Assembly (NCBI GenBank): GCA_040218735.1
Contig: JAVJQW010000038.1
Coordinates: forward strand, 238,562 to 302,561
Source of the DNA: Deltaproteobacteria bacterium
Lineage (GTDB): Bacteria; Myxococcota; Kuafuiibacteriia; Kuafuiibacteriales; Kuafuiibacteriaceae
Direction of reading: 5' to 3'
DNA length: 64,000 bases
Notes under the pieces: generated by a model
Databases searched by the model: none
Told to the model about the DNA's origin: nothing
The model's input: the letters and a program-made list of their open reading frames with translations, nothing else
Program-made: the position numbers and the translations under genes
In this document: piece by piece, positions 40,799 to 51,401 of the stretch
Layout of the letters: each line of letters starts with the position of its first letter
Numbering within the stretch: position 1 is the stretch's first letter

Positions 40799-43488
40799 GG
40801 AAGAAGAAGGCGCAGAGCCCCGACACGCTGTCGAGGCGCCTCGGCTCGCCGTCGACGATTCGTCGCGCGCGCCAGCAGGCGAAGAAAGGCCGCGGGCGCC
40901 CCGCGAAGACCGCACGGTCACGCGCGGACGATGCGAAGCCGGCGAAGAAGAAGTCCGCGGAGAAGACGGCGCTCTTCGGACGCAAGAAGGCCGCGGAGCC
41001 GCGCGGCGCGACGGCGCGCAAGAAGACGTCGGGCGACAAGACCGGACTGTTCGGCCGCAAGAAGGCCGGCGCCAAGACCGCGACGGTCGCGCGCAAGAAG
41101 ACGGGTGCCAAGGCTGGGTGGTTCGGCCGAAAGAACGCGTCGGCGGACCAGGCGGGCCGCGGGGCGACGAAGTCGCGCGTCACGACGGGGCGCGGCGGCA
41201 AGGCCGCGCGCGCGGGGTGGTTCGGTCGCGCGAAGAAGGCCGGGGCAGGGTGGCTCGGCGGTCGTTCGTCGACCGGTCGCCGCGGTGCGTCCGGGCCGGG
41301 CTGGTTCGCCCGGCGCACGGCTGAGAAGAAGAAGCGTCGCGCACAGCCGGAGCCGATGACCTCGCACCACGCGCGTCAGGAGAACGCGGTGCCGGGGCGT
41401 TGGCGCATCCGCGGCATCCTCGCGATCTTCGCGCTGGGCGCGTGTGTCCTCGTCGGTCGCGCGGCGCAGCTGCAGCTCGTCGAGGGTGACAAGTATGGGG
41501 ACATCTCGAACGGTCAGGCGGATCGTTCGTTCTCCATCCCCGGCAAGCGCGGCGTGATCACCGACCGTCACGGTCGCGAGCTCGCGATCACCGTCGACGT
41601 CGACTCCGTCGTCGCGAACCCGCGCATGGTCGACGCGTCCGCGGTCGCGTCGAAGCTCGCGCCGATCCTGTCGCGTTCGAAGGCGTCGCTCGAGAAGAAG
41701 CTCTCGTCGAAGAAGTACTTCACGTACCTGTCGCGTCGCGTCGACGCCGCGACCTCGAAGCGCGTGCGCGACGCGAAGCTCCGCGGCGTCTGGACGCAGC
41801 CGGAGCCGAAGCGCTTCTACGCGAACGTCGGGCTCGCTTCGCACATCCTCGGGTTCACGAACCTCGACGGCGCCGGCAAGGCGGGCGTGGAGATGGTGCT
41901 CGACGAGCACCTGCGCGGGCAGAGCTGGGTGCACCCCGGCATGCGCGACGCGCTGGGCAACAAGGTCTACTCGGAGGGCTTCCGCCCGCACGCGGAGCTC
42001 GAGGGCGCCGACGTGACGCTCACGATCGATCGCCAGATCCAGTACGCGGCGGAGACGGCGGTCGAGGCGGCGGCGACGAAGTACAAGGCCAAGAGCGCCG
42101 TCGCGGTCGTGATGCAACCGCAGACCGGTGAGGTGTTGGCGCTCGCGAGCTACCCGACGTTCAACCCGAACAACCTCAACGGCACGACGCCGCGCGACCG
42201 CACCAACCGTGCGGTGTCCGCGATCTACGAGCCGGGCTCGACGCTGAAGATGATCACGATCTCCGCGGCGATCGACGAGGGGCTCCTCGATCGCGACGCG
42301 ACGATCTACTGCGAGGACGGCGCGTGGCGCGTCGGCGGGCGCACGATTCACGACTCGAACCACAAGTACGGCAACCTCACGGTCACCGAGATCATGAAGC
42401 TGTCGTCGAACATCTGCTCGGCGAAGATCGGCTTCCTCCTCGAGCGCCAGCGCCTGCACGACTGGCTGTTCCGCTTCGGCTTCGGCGAGAAGACCGGCAT
42501 CGAGCTCCCGGGTGAGCTCCGCGGGCTGATTCGCCCCGCGAACAAGTGGCGCGACATCGCGCTCGCGAACATCGCGTTCGGGCAGGGCATCGCGGTGACG
42601 CCGCTGCAGATCGTCCAGGCCGCGTCGACGATCGCAAACGACGGCGTGATGGTGCGGCCGCGCATCGTGAAGCGCATCGTCGACAAGGCGGGGACGTCGG
42701 TCGCGCTGGATCCGGCCGAGACGCGTCGGGTGCTGAAGCCCGAGACCGCGCGCACCCTGCGCCAGATGATGGTCGAGGTGACCAAGGACGGCGGGACCGC
42801 GGTGACGGCGGCGGTGCCGGGGTTCGAGGTCGCGGGGAAGACGGGCACCGCGCAGAAGATCGACCCGGTGACGAAGGCGTACTCACACGAGCTGTACACG
42901 GCGAGCTTCGTCGGGCTCGTGCCGGCGGAGAAGCCGGAGGTCGCGATCTTGGTCCTGGTCGACGAGCCGAAGGGCTCGATCTACGGCGGCGTGGTCGCGG
43001 CGCCTGCGTTCGTGCAGATCGCGGCGGCGGCGCTCGCGGCGCGGGACGTGTATCCGAAGGAGGCGGCGGACAAGGAGGCGTTCCTGGCGAGCTTCAAGGA
43101 GGCGCCGAAGGCCAAGTCCCCCGACTCGATCTCGACCTCCTCCGAGTCCGAAAAGTGGTTGGAATCCAATGAGATAGACGGGGTTCCAACCGAGGAGGCC
43201 GGTCTGGAGATCGCGTTGTCCGACCGGGCCCAGGCGCTGCTCGGCGTCGAGGCGCCGGCCGCGCCCGAGCCGGCTCCGGCCGGGGCGGGCCGGACGCCGA
43301 ACTTCGTGGGTCTCTCAGTGATGGAAGTGCTAAACCGTTCCGCGGACGTACGTTGCGACCCGGTGGTGAACGGCACGGGCCGTGTGGTGAGGCAGAAGCC
43401 CGCCCGCGGTGCGCCGCTTCAGCCCGGATCCACGTGCGAGGTGTGGCTGCAGCCCGAAGGGGTGAAGCCAAAAGGGAGCGGAGCATGA
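40795..43488 (+). CDS. ftsI: Class B PBP (FtsI/PBP3) with long basic N-terminal extension and C-terminal PASTA
   Basis: RGVITDRHG, EPGSTLK, SSN, KTGTAQK. Confidence 0.93.
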   Translation: MRKKKAQSPDTLSRRLGSPSTIRRARQQAKKGRGRPAKTARSRADDAKPAKKKSAEKTALFGRKKAAEPRGATARKKTSGDKTGLFGRKKAGAKTATVARKKTGAKAGWFGRKNASADQAGRGATKSRVTTGRGGKAARAGWFGRAKKAGAGWLGGRSSTGRRGASGPGWFARRTAEKKKRRAQPEPMTSHHARQENAVPGRWRIRGILAIFALGACVLVGRAAQLQLVEGDKYGDISNGQADRSFSIPGKRGVITDRHGRELAITVDVDSVVANPRMVDASAVASKLAPILSRSKASLEKKLSSKKYFTYLSRRVDAATSKRVRDAKLRGVWTQPEPKRFYANVGLASHILGFTNLDGAGKAGVEMVLDEHLRGQSWVHPGMRDALGNKVYSEGFRPHAELEGADVTLTIDRQIQYAAETAVEAAATKYKAKSAVAVVMQPQTGEVLALASYPTFNPNNLNGTTPRDRTNRAVSAIYEPGSTLKMITISAAIDEGLLDRDATIYCEDGAWRVGGRTIHDSNHKYGNLTVTEIMKLSSNICSAKIGFLLERQRLHDWLFRFGFGEKTGIELPGELRGLIRPANKWRDIALANIAFGQGIAVTPLQIVQAASTIANDGVMVRPRIVKRIVDKAGTSVALDPAETRRVLKPETARTLRQMMVEVTKDGGTAVTAAVPGFEVAGKTGTAQKIDPVTKAYSHELYTASFVGLVPAEKPEVAILVLVDEPKGSIYGGVVAAPAFVQIAAAALAARDVYPKEAADKEAFLASFKEAPKAKSPDSISTSSESEKWLESNEIDGVPTEEAGLEIALSDRAQALLGVEAPAAPEPAPAGAGRTPNFVGLSVMEVLNRSADVRCDPVVNGTGRVVRQKPARGAPLQPGSTCEVWLQPEGVKPKGSGA

Positions 43489-45245
43489 GGCTGGACGAGA
43501 TCATCCGAGGCATCAAGATCGCGGACCGTCGGGGTTACTTCGACGCCGACATCACGGGCATCACCGTCGACTCGCGACGGGTGGAGCGCGGGAACCTGTT
43601 CGCGGCGGTGCGCGGCATGGCGCACGACGGGCACGACTACATCGTCGACGCGTTGAAGCGCGGCGCGATCGGCGTGCTCGCCGAGGAGTGGCCGGAGGCG
43701 GCGGACGCCGACACCAAGCCGAACGTGGTGTTGGTGCCGAACGCGCGTCGCGCGTTGGCGCTCGCGGCGGCGAACTTCTTCGGGCAGCCGTCGCGTCGTT
43801 TGCTCGTCGCCGGGGTCACCGGGACCAACGGCAAGACGACGGTGACGTACGTCCTCGAGTCGATCATCCGCGCGGCGAGCAAGAAGGTCGGCGTGATGGG
43901 GACGGTCGAGTGCCGGTACGCCGGTCACTCGGAGACGCTCGCGCACACCACGCCCGACGCGGTGCTCCTGCAGAAGAAGCTCGCGGAGATGACGGCGGCC
44001 GGGGTCACGCACGTGGCGCTCGAGGTGTCGAGCCACGCGTTGGATCAGGAGCGCGTCTCGGGCGTGCACTTCAAGGTCGCCGGCTTCACGAACCTGTCGC
44101 AGGACCACCTCGACTACCACAAGTCGATCGACACGTACTTCGAGGCGAAGGCGCGTCTGTTCTCGGAGTGCCTGCGAAAGAGCAAGGCGCGCGGGCGCAT
44201 GGCCGTCGTGAACATCGACGACGAGCGCGGGCCGCAGATCCTCGAGCGGTGGGGCGGCAAGTCGCTGTCGGTGTCGCTGGATCCCAAGAGCGATGCGGAC
44301 GTGGTCGCGCTCGACGCGAAGTACACGCTGTCGGGGATCGAGGCGACGGTGCGCACGCCGAAGGGGGTCTGGGAGATCGAGACTTCGCTCGTCGGTGAGC
44401 ACAACCTCTCGAACGTGCTCGTCGGCATGGGCATGGCGCTCGCGATGGGTTTCTCGAAGGCGCGCATCACGCGTGGCCTCCGTGCGCTCGAGCGGGTGCC
44501 GGGGCGCCTGGAGCGGGTGCCGAACGAAGACGGCAAACACGTGTTCGTCGACTACGCGCACACGCCCGACGCGCTGAACAAGGCGTTGGCCGCGGTGCGT
44601 CCGCTGACGAAGGGGCGGGTGATCGTCGTGTTCGGTTGCGGTGGAGATCGCGACAAGGAGAAGCGCGGTCCGATGGGCAAGGCCGTCGCGGACGGCGCGG
44701 ACATCGCGGTCGTCACGAACGACAACCCGCGCACCGAAGACCCGCAGGCGATCGCCGCGGCCGTCGAGGCCGGGTTGAAGGACGGCGGCTGGTCGACGAT
44801 GACCGCGGCGCCCGCCGCGAAGCAGTACAAGGTCGAGCTCGACCGGCGTTCGGCGATCCGCATGGCGATCGACTGGATGAACGAGGACGACGCGCTGGTG
44901 ATCGCGGGGAAGGGGCACGAGACCTACCAGATCATCGGCAAGGACAAACATCGCTTCGACGATCGTGAAGAGGCGCGTCGCCTCCTCGCGAAGATGCCGC
45001 CGCCGCCGCCGATGGTGTTCGACGACGGCACTTCCGAGGTGGACGCCGCGCAGGTCGAAGAGGCGCTGGAGATCGTCGACGGTGATGACGTCGTCGAGGT
45101 CGAGGCGCCGCAGAACATCACGCAGCTGGTCTCGGCGGACAACATCGTCGAGTCCGTGGACATCGAACCCGACATCGTCGACGTGGCCGACGAAGATTCC
45201 GGCGACGACCCCGAAGGGGGTCCGCCCAAAGACGGAGCGACTTGA
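43485..45245 (+). CDS. murE: UDP-MurNAc-tripeptide ligase (meso-DAP type) with acidic C-terminal tail
   Basis: GTNGKTT, EVSSH, DHLDYH, DYAHTPDA, DNPR, AGKGHE. Confidence 0.96.
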   Translation: MRLDEIIRGIKIADRRGYFDADITGITVDSRRVERGNLFAAVRGMAHDGHDYIVDALKRGAIGVLAEEWPEAADADTKPNVVLVPNARRALALAAANFFGQPSRRLLVAGVTGTNGKTTVTYVLESIIRAASKKVGVMGTVECRYAGHSETLAHTTPDAVLLQKKLAEMTAAGVTHVALEVSSHALDQERVSGVHFKVAGFTNLSQDHLDYHKSIDTYFEAKARLFSECLRKSKARGRMAVVNIDDERGPQILERWGGKSLSVSLDPKSDADVVALDAKYTLSGIEATVRTPKGVWEIETSLVGEHNLSNVLVGMGMALAMGFSKARITRGLRALERVPGRLERVPNEDGKHVFVDYAHTPDALNKALAAVRPLTKGRVIVVFGCGGDRDKEKRGPMGKAVADGADIAVVTNDNPRTEDPQAIAAAVEAGLKDGGWSTMTAAPAAKQYKVELDRRSAIRMAIDWMNEDDALVIAGKGHETYQIIGKDKHRFDDREEARRLLAKMPPPPPMVFDDGTSEVDAAQVEEALEIVDGDDVVEVEAPQNITQLVSADNIVESVDIEPDIVDVADEDSGDDPEGGPPKDGAT

Positions 45246-46615
45246 TAGCACGTGCGTCGAATTGGACCTCCTCGGAGGTCGCTCGCGCCGTGGGGGGCGA
45301 GCTGAGTGGTCCGGATCGACGCACGCTGTCAGGCGTGTCGACGGACACACGTGACCCGCTCGAGGGTCAGCTCTTCGTCGCGCTGGTGGGCGAGCGCTTC
45401 GACGCCCACGACTTCCTGCACAAAGCGATCGACGGTGGCGCGGCGGGCCTGCTCGTGGCGCGCGGCCGTGGCGGAGAGGTACCCGCGGACGTCGCGGTCA
45501 TCGAGGTCGACGACACCCTCTTTGCGCTCGGTGAGCTCGCGCGGGCGCACCGCCGGCGCCTTGGGACACCCATCGTCGCGCTGACCGGATCGAACGGCAA
45601 GACGACGACGAAGGAGCTGCTCGCGGGGATCCTGTCGCGCTCGAACGCCACGCTCAAAACCCAAGGAAACCTCAACAACCTCATCGGCGTTCCCATGACG
45701 GTGCTCGGAATCGAAGCGAGCCACGCCGTCGCGGTCGTGGAGATGGGGATGAACCAGCCGGGGGAGATCGCCCGTTACACCGAGATCTGCGAGCCGGTGG
45801 TGGGGATGGTCATCAACGTCGGCCCCGCGCACATCGGCGAGCTGGGATCCATTGAAGCGATCGCGGCCGCGAAGGGTGAGCTGTACGCGGGACTGCCCGC
45901 GGGCGCGGTGCGCGTGGTGAACGCGGACGACGAGCGTGTCGTGAAGGTCGCGGGGCCGGGCGGTCGCACGTTCGGGCGCGCGGCCGATGCGGACGTGCGG
46001 CTGGTGTCGACGGCCGCGGTCGGGGTCGAGCGGCAGCGCGTCGACCTGTCGATCGACGGGCGCGCGCTCACGGTCGAGATCCCGTTCCCGGGTGTGCACA
46101 ACGCGATGAACGCGACCGCCGCGGTGGCGGCGGCGACCGCAGCGCCGGTGACGGTGTCCGACGAGGACATCGTGGAGGGGCTCGCGTCGGTCGCGCCGGT
46201 CGCGCGCCGCTTGGTCCCCCGACAGATCGGGCCGTACCTCGTGATCGACGACTGCTACAACGCCAACGGCGCTTCGATGGTCGCGGCGCTGGAGACGGTC
46301 GCGGCGCGTGGTGCCCGGTTCGGTGCGTTGCTCGGCGAGATGCGCGAGCTCGGTGCGCACTCCGTCGCGGAGCATCGCCGCGTGGGTGAAGCGGCGGCGC
46401 GGTTGGGCGCGGCGTTCGTCGTGACGTTCGGCCCCGAGGCGAAGGCGATCGCCGACGGCGCCGCCGGTACGTCCACACACCACGAAGATGACGACCTCGA
46501 CGCCGCGTTCGCGGCGCTCACGGCCCGGCTCGAGGACGGTGACGTCCTGCTCGTGAAGGGCTCGCGCGGGATTCGGATGGAGCGGTTCATCGACCGTCTG
46601 GAGGCACAGGCCTGA
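45242..46615 (+). CDS. murF: UDP-MurNAc-pentapeptide ligase
   Basis: TGSNGKTTTKE, GNLNNLIGVP, EMGMN, DDCYNAN, KGSRG. Confidence 0.96.
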   Translation: MIARASNWTSSEVARAVGGELSGPDRRTLSGVSTDTRDPLEGQLFVALVGERFDAHDFLHKAIDGGAAGLLVARGRGGEVPADVAVIEVDDTLFALGELARAHRRRLGTPIVALTGSNGKTTTKELLAGILSRSNATLKTQGNLNNLIGVPMTVLGIEASHAVAVVEMGMNQPGEIARYTEICEPVVGMVINVGPAHIGELGSIEAIAAAKGELYAGLPAGAVRVVNADDERVVKVAGPGGRTFGRAADADVRLVSTAAVGVERQRVDLSIDGRALTVEIPFPGVHNAMNATAAVAAATAAPVTVSDEDIVEGLASVAPVARRLVPRQIGPYLVIDDCYNANGASMVAALETVAARGARFGALLGEMRELGAHSVAEHRRVGEAAARLGAAFVVTFGPEAKAIADGAAGTSTHHEDDDLDAAFAALTARLEDGDVLLVKGSRGIRMERFIDRLEAQA

Positions 46616-47700
46616 TGCTCTACCAACTTCTCTACCAGCAGATGGGGATCAACTTCTTCCGGTACCCCTCGACGCGCATCCTCCTCGCGGCGGGGTTTGC
46701 GCTGCTGCTGTCGATCTGGCTCGGGCCGGCGTTCATCCGTTGGCTGCGTCAGATGGCGATCGGGCAGGAGGTCCGTGACGACGGCCCGCAGACGCACGAG
46801 AAGAAGCAGGGCACGCCGACGATGGGCGGCACGCTGATCCTGTTCTGCGCGACGGTGCCGACGCTGTTGTGGATGGATCTCACGAACCGCTACGGGTGGT
46901 TCGTCCTCATCATCCTGCTCGGCTACGGGCTCGTCGGCTTCATCGACGACTACCGAAAGGTCGCGCTCAAGAACACCGCCGGTTTGCCGGGGCGCTACAA
47001 GTTGCTCGGGCAGCTGTTCTTCGGCGGCATCGCGCTCGGGTACCTGTTGTGGGCGACGCCGTACTCGACGGAGCTCGCGCTCCCGTTCGTGAAGCCGTCG
47101 TGGTTCTCGCCGGACATCGGCTGGGCGTACGTCCCGTTCGCGCTGCTCGTCCTGCTCGGAACGTCGAACGCGGTGAACCTCACGGACGGCCTCGACGGTC
47201 TGGCGATCGTGCCTACGGTCATCAGCGCCGGCGTGTTCCTGATCCTCGCGTACGCCGCGGGGGCGACGCTGTCCGGATTCAACCTCGCCGAGTACCTCCA
47301 AATCCCGCGCACGGCCGGCGCGGAAGAGGTCGCGATCCTGTGCGCCGCGCTGTGCGGCTCCGGGCTCGGGTTCCTCTGGTACAACGCACACCCGGCCGAA
47401 GTGTTCATGGGCGACGTCGGTTCGTTGGCGTTGGGCGGTGCGTTGGGCGCGCTCGCCATCGTCACGAAGAACGAGTTCGTCAGCGCGATCATCCACGGCG
47501 TGTTCGTGGCGGAGATCTTCTCCGTCATTCTGCAGGTCGGTTCGTACAAGCTCCGCGGCGGCAAGCGCATCTTCAAGATGGCGCCGCTGCACCACCACTT
47601 CGAGCTGTCGGGTTGGCCAGAGCCGAAGGTGATCGTGCGGTTCTGGATCATGTCCGTGTTGATGGCGCTCGTCGGGCTCGCGTCCCTGAAGCTGCGCTGA
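46615..47700 (+). CDS. mraY: Phospho-N-acetylmuramoyl-pentapeptide transferase
   Basis: KKQGTPTMGG, NAVNLTDGLDGL, FMGDVGS, APLHHHFE. Confidence 0.97.
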   Translation: MLYQLLYQQMGINFFRYPSTRILLAAGFALLLSIWLGPAFIRWLRQMAIGQEVRDDGPQTHEKKQGTPTMGGTLILFCATVPTLLWMDLTNRYGWFVLIILLGYGLVGFIDDYRKVALKNTAGLPGRYKLLGQLFFGGIALGYLLWATPYSTELALPFVKPSWFSPDIGWAYVPFALLVLLGTSNAVNLTDGLDGLAIVPTVISAGVFLILAYAAGATLSGFNLAEYLQIPRTAGAEEVAILCAALCGSGLGFLWYNAHPAEVFMGDVGSLALGGALGALAIVTKNEFVSAIIHGVFVAEIFSVILQVGSYKLRGGKRIFKMAPLHHHFELSGWPEPKVIVRFWIMSVLMALVGLASLKLR

Positions 47701-47713
47701 GGAGACCTGCGCG

Positions 47714-49111
47714 ATGGAAAAGAACGTCAGCTCGCGTCCGTTCAGCCCCGCCGCCGAAGCGCGCGCGCGCGTCGCGGCGATCCGCGACAAGTTGAAGGCG
47801 GGGAACGTCGTCGCCGCGGTCGTCGGCGGCGGAAAGAGCGGCGAAGCCGCGATCGATCTGTTGCGCTCCAAGGGCGCCGAGGTGCGGCTGTTCGACGACC
47901 GCGAGATCACGGTCGCCGGCCTGACTTCGTCGCCGATCGAACACGCCGCGATGGACGCGGTCGACGTCGTGGTGCTGAGCCCGGGGGTGCCGCGTCGCCA
48001 CCCGGAGCTGCAACCGGCGATTACGCGCAACAAGTTGGTAGGCGAGGTGGAGCTCGCGTCGTGGTTCGTGCGCGCGCCGATGGTCGGGATCACCGGCACC
48101 AACGGCAAGAGCACTACGACCGCGCTCGTGGGGAAGATCTTCGAGGTCGCCGGGCGGAAGGTGTTCGCGGGAGGCAACCTCGGCGAGCCGCTGTCGCGGT
48201 TGGCGATGGCGTCGGAGCCGGTCGACGTCGCGGTGGTCGAGCTGTCTTCGTACCAGCTGGAGTCGATCGTCACCGCGTCGTTCCGCGTGGGGTGCTGGCT
48301 CAACGTCGCGCCCGATCACACGGACCGCTACGACAACCTCGACGAGTACGCTGCGGCGAAGCGTCGTGTCTTGGATCGTCGTACGCACGACGGCGTCGCG
48401 GTGTTGAACGCGAAGGACCCGTACTGCTCGGGCATCGGCGTGCGCACCGGCGGTCCGATTCGGTGGTTCGCGGGCGCCGAGGCTTCGGATCTCGCAGGGC
48501 CGATGGGCACGCGTCTGTCGGGACCGAGCGAGGCCGTGCGCACCGACAACGGCGTCGAGGAGCGCTACCAGCTCACCGCGCCCTGGATCGTCGGCACGCA
48601 CAACAAGGCAAACGCGTGCGCGGCGATCGAGTGTGCGCGCGCGATGGACGTTACGCCGGCCGACGTGCAGGCCGGGCTCGATGCGTTCGGTGGTCTGCCG
48701 CACCGCTTGGAGCTCGTGCGGGACGATGACGACACGCGGTGGTTCAACGATTCGAAGGCGACGAACATCGAGTCGGTCTTCACCGCGCTCACCGCGCTGG
48801 CGGGCCGACGTGTGGTGTGGATCGCCGGCGGGCGTGACAAAGGCGCGCCGTGGGCGCCGCTCGCGGGGCTCGTCGACGATCGCGTCGACGCCGTGCTGGC
48901 GATCGGCGAAGCCGCCTCGATCGTCGAGGCCGCGTTCGGTTCGAAGGTCGAGCGGGTCGAGACACTCGAACGTGCGATCGCGCGGGCGCGAGAGCTCGCG
49001 GGCCCGGGCGTGGACGTGCTGCTCGCACCGGGCTGCGCGTCGTTCGATCAGTTCAAGGACTACGCCGAGCGCGGGGACGTGTTCCGGCGACTCGTAGGAG
49101 CGATCGCGTGA
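47714..49111 (+). CDS. murD: UDP-MurNAc-L-Ala-D-Glu ligase
   Basis: GTNGKSTTT, GGNLG, ELSSYQLE, NDSKATN, PGCASFDQF. Confidence 0.96.
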   Translation: MEKNVSSRPFSPAAEARARVAAIRDKLKAGNVVAAVVGGGKSGEAAIDLLRSKGAEVRLFDDREITVAGLTSSPIEHAAMDAVDVVVLSPGVPRRHPELQPAITRNKLVGEVELASWFVRAPMVGITGTNGKSTTTALVGKIFEVAGRKVFAGGNLGEPLSRLAMASEPVDVAVVELSSYQLESIVTASFRVGCWLNVAPDHTDRYDNLDEYAAAKRRVLDRRTHDGVAVLNAKDPYCSGIGVRTGGPIRWFAGAEASDLAGPMGTRLSGPSEAVRTDNGVEERYQLTAPWIVGTHNKANACAAIECARAMDVTPADVQAGLDAFGGLPHRLELVRDDDDTRWFNDSKATNIESVFTALTALAGRRVVWIAGGRDKGAPWAPLAGLVDDRVDAVLAIGEAASIVEAAFGSKVERVETLERAIARARELAGPGVDVLLAPGCASFDQFKDYAERGDVFRRLVGAIA

Positions 49112-50316
49112 AACACGACGACAACGATGCCCCCACTACGATGCCGCTCCCCGCGGACGTGGCGCCGGCGCAGATGGCGCGAACGATCGACCCGTGGATC
49201 GCGGGCGCGGCGATCTTCCTCGTCGCGGTCGGCATCGTGTTGGTCTACAGCGCGAGCGCGTTCCGCGCGCAGTCACAGACCGGCGATGCTTCGCTCTACC
49301 TCGTGCGTCACCTCTCGAGCGTGGCGGTCGGCGTCGTGGCGCTGTTCGTGGTGCTGCGCTGCCCGATCGAGTGGTGGAGTCGCGCCGCGTACCCGCTGCT
49401 GATCCTGTCGGCTGCGCTGTTGTGTCTGCTCTTCGTCCCGGGGCTCGGTCGGGAAGTGAACGGCGCGACGCGCTGGCTGCGGCTCGGCCCGGTCTCGTTT
49501 CAGCCCGGTGAGCTCGCGAAGCTCGCGATCGTCGTGTACCTCGCGCACTCGCTCGCGAAGAAGCGCGACAAGGCGTCGACGTTTTCGATCGGCTTTCTGC
49601 CGCACGTGATCGTGACGAGCTTCATCGTCGCGCTGATCATCGTGCAGCCGGACATCGGCACCAGCGCGGTGATCTACGCGACGCTCGGGTTGATGCTGTT
49701 CGTCGCTGGGACGCGCATCGGTTACCTCGTGCTCGCGATCGTCGCGGCGTTGCCGGTGCTGTACTCGTACGTCGCGACGCACAAACACGCTTGGTCGCGG
49801 TTGGTCGCGTTCCTCGAGCCGGAGGCGCACAAGCAGGGCGCGGGTTACCAGGTCTGGGAGTCGATCGTCTCGTTCGGCTCCGGCGGCGCGTGGGGGCTCG
49901 GGCTCGGCGCCGGCAAGCAGAAGCTCTACTTCCTGCCGGAGTCTCACACCGACTTCATCTTCGCGGTGATCGGTCAGGAGCTCGGACTGCTCGGCGTGGT
50001 CCTGGTGATCGGCGCGTTTGCGATCGTGATCGGTCGCGGGATGTGGATCGCGTCGAAGCTGCCGTGCCGCTTCCCGATGTTCCTCGCGTTCGGAGTCTCG
50101 TCGTGGCTCGCGCTGCAGGCGGCGGTGAACATGGCGGTGGTGATGGCGTTGGTTCCGACGAAGGGCCTGACGCTCCCGTTCGTGAGCTACGGGCGCTCGT
50201 CGATGATCATCTCGATGATCGCGCTGGGGGTGTTGCTGCGCGCGACGTCCGAGGCGCGCCAGACGGTCGGCGTGCGGCCGAAGGTCGTGTTGCGACGGCG
50301 GAGGGCGCGCGCGTGA
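49108..50316 (+). CDS. ftsW: SEDS peptidoglycan polymerase FtsW
   Basis: NGATRW, FQPGELAK, QPDIG, LPESHTDFIF, PTKGLTLPFVSYG. Confidence 0.95.
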   Translation: MKHDDNDAPTTMPLPADVAPAQMARTIDPWIAGAAIFLVAVGIVLVYSASAFRAQSQTGDASLYLVRHLSSVAVGVVALFVVLRCPIEWWSRAAYPLLILSAALLCLLFVPGLGREVNGATRWLRLGPVSFQPGELAKLAIVVYLAHSLAKKRDKASTFSIGFLPHVIVTSFIVALIIVQPDIGTSAVIYATLGLMLFVAGTRIGYLVLAIVAALPVLYSYVATHKHAWSRLVAFLEPEAHKQGAGYQVWESIVSFGSGGAWGLGLGAGKQKLYFLPESHTDFIFAVIGQELGLLGVVLVIGAFAIVIGRGMWIASKLPCRFPMFLAFGVSSWLALQAAVNMAVVMALVPTKGLTLPFVSYGRSSMIISMIALGVLLRATSEARQTVGVRPKVVLRRRRARA

Positions 50317-51401
50317 AGGTGTTGATCGCGGGTGGCGGCACGGGCGGTCACCTCTACCCTGGCATCGCGCTCGCCGAAGAGGTGACGACGCGCCAGAAGG
50401 GCAACGAGGTGTTGTTCGTCGGAACGCAGCGCGGCATCGAAGCGCGCGTCGTCCCGGGCCTCGGTTTTCCGATCGAGTACATCGACGTCGCCGGGCTCAA
50501 GGGGACGGGCCTCGGCAAACGCGTGCGCGGGATGGCGCAGGTGCCCATCGCGTTGATGCAGTCGATGCGGATCCTTCGCCGCTTCCGCCCGGACTTCGCG
50601 GTGGGGGTCGGAGGCTACGCCTCGGGGCCGGTGATCCTCGCGGCGTGGATGCTCGGGATGCCGACGGCGGTACTTGAGCAGAACACGGTGCCGGGCGTGA
50701 CGAACCGGATCCTCGCGAAGTTCGTTCGCGCGGTCTACGTGATGTTCGAGGCGTCGAAGAACTACTTCCCGCCGCACAAGGTGAAGCCGCTCGGGAACCC
50801 GATTCGCCGTCAGCTCCTCGACAACTTCCTGGAGGAGCGCGCCGACGAGAACGACAAGTTCACGGTGCTGGTGCTCGGCGGCTCGCAGGGCGCGCACACG
50901 CTGAACCTCCGCATGGTCGAGGCCGTGCCGCACCTCGCGCCGATCGCGGATCGAATTCGCATCGTCCACCAGACCGGGAAGAACGACGTCGACCTCGTGA
51001 AGGAGGGGTACGCGGACTCGGGGATCGACACCGAGGTGTCCGCGTTCATCGAGGACATGAGCACCGCGTACCGCAGCGCCGACCTCATCGTCTGTCGCGC
51101 GGGTGCGACGACACTCGCGGAGGTGATGGTCGTGAAACGCGCGTCGATCCTCGTGCCGTTCCCGTACGCTGCCGACAATCATCAGGAGCTGAATGGTCAG
51201 TCGATGGTCGACGCCGGTGCGTCGGTGATGTTGGTCGAGCGCGAGCTCGACGGCGAGAAGCTCGCGAAGCACATCACGGAGCTCTTCGAGAACCCGGAGC
51301 GTCGCCGGGCGATGGAGCAGGCGGCCGGTCTCGCCGGCCGGCCGGAGGCGGCGCGCGAGATCGTCGACGCGCTGTTCGACGCGACGAGGGCGGATCGATG
51401 A
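50313..51401 (+). CDS. murG: Lipid I GlcNAc transferase
   Basis: [30 protein letters not shown]. Confidence 0.97.
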   Translation: MKVLIAGGGTGGHLYPGIALAEEVTTRQKGNEVLFVGTQRGIEARVVPGLGFPIEYIDVAGLKGTGLGKRVRGMAQVPIALMQSMRILRRFRPDFAVGVGGYASGPVILAAWMLGMPTAVLEQNTVPGVTNRILAKFVRAVYVMFEASKNYFPPHKVKPLGNPIRRQLLDNFLEERADENDKFTVLVLGGSQGAHTLNLRMVEAVPHLAPIADRIRIVHQTGKNDVDLVKEGYADSGIDTEVSAFIEDMSTAYRSADLIVCRAGATTLAEVMVVKRASILVPFPYAADNHQELNGQSMVDAGASVMLVERELDGEKLAKHITELFENPERRRAMEQAAGLAGRPEAAREIVDALFDATRADR

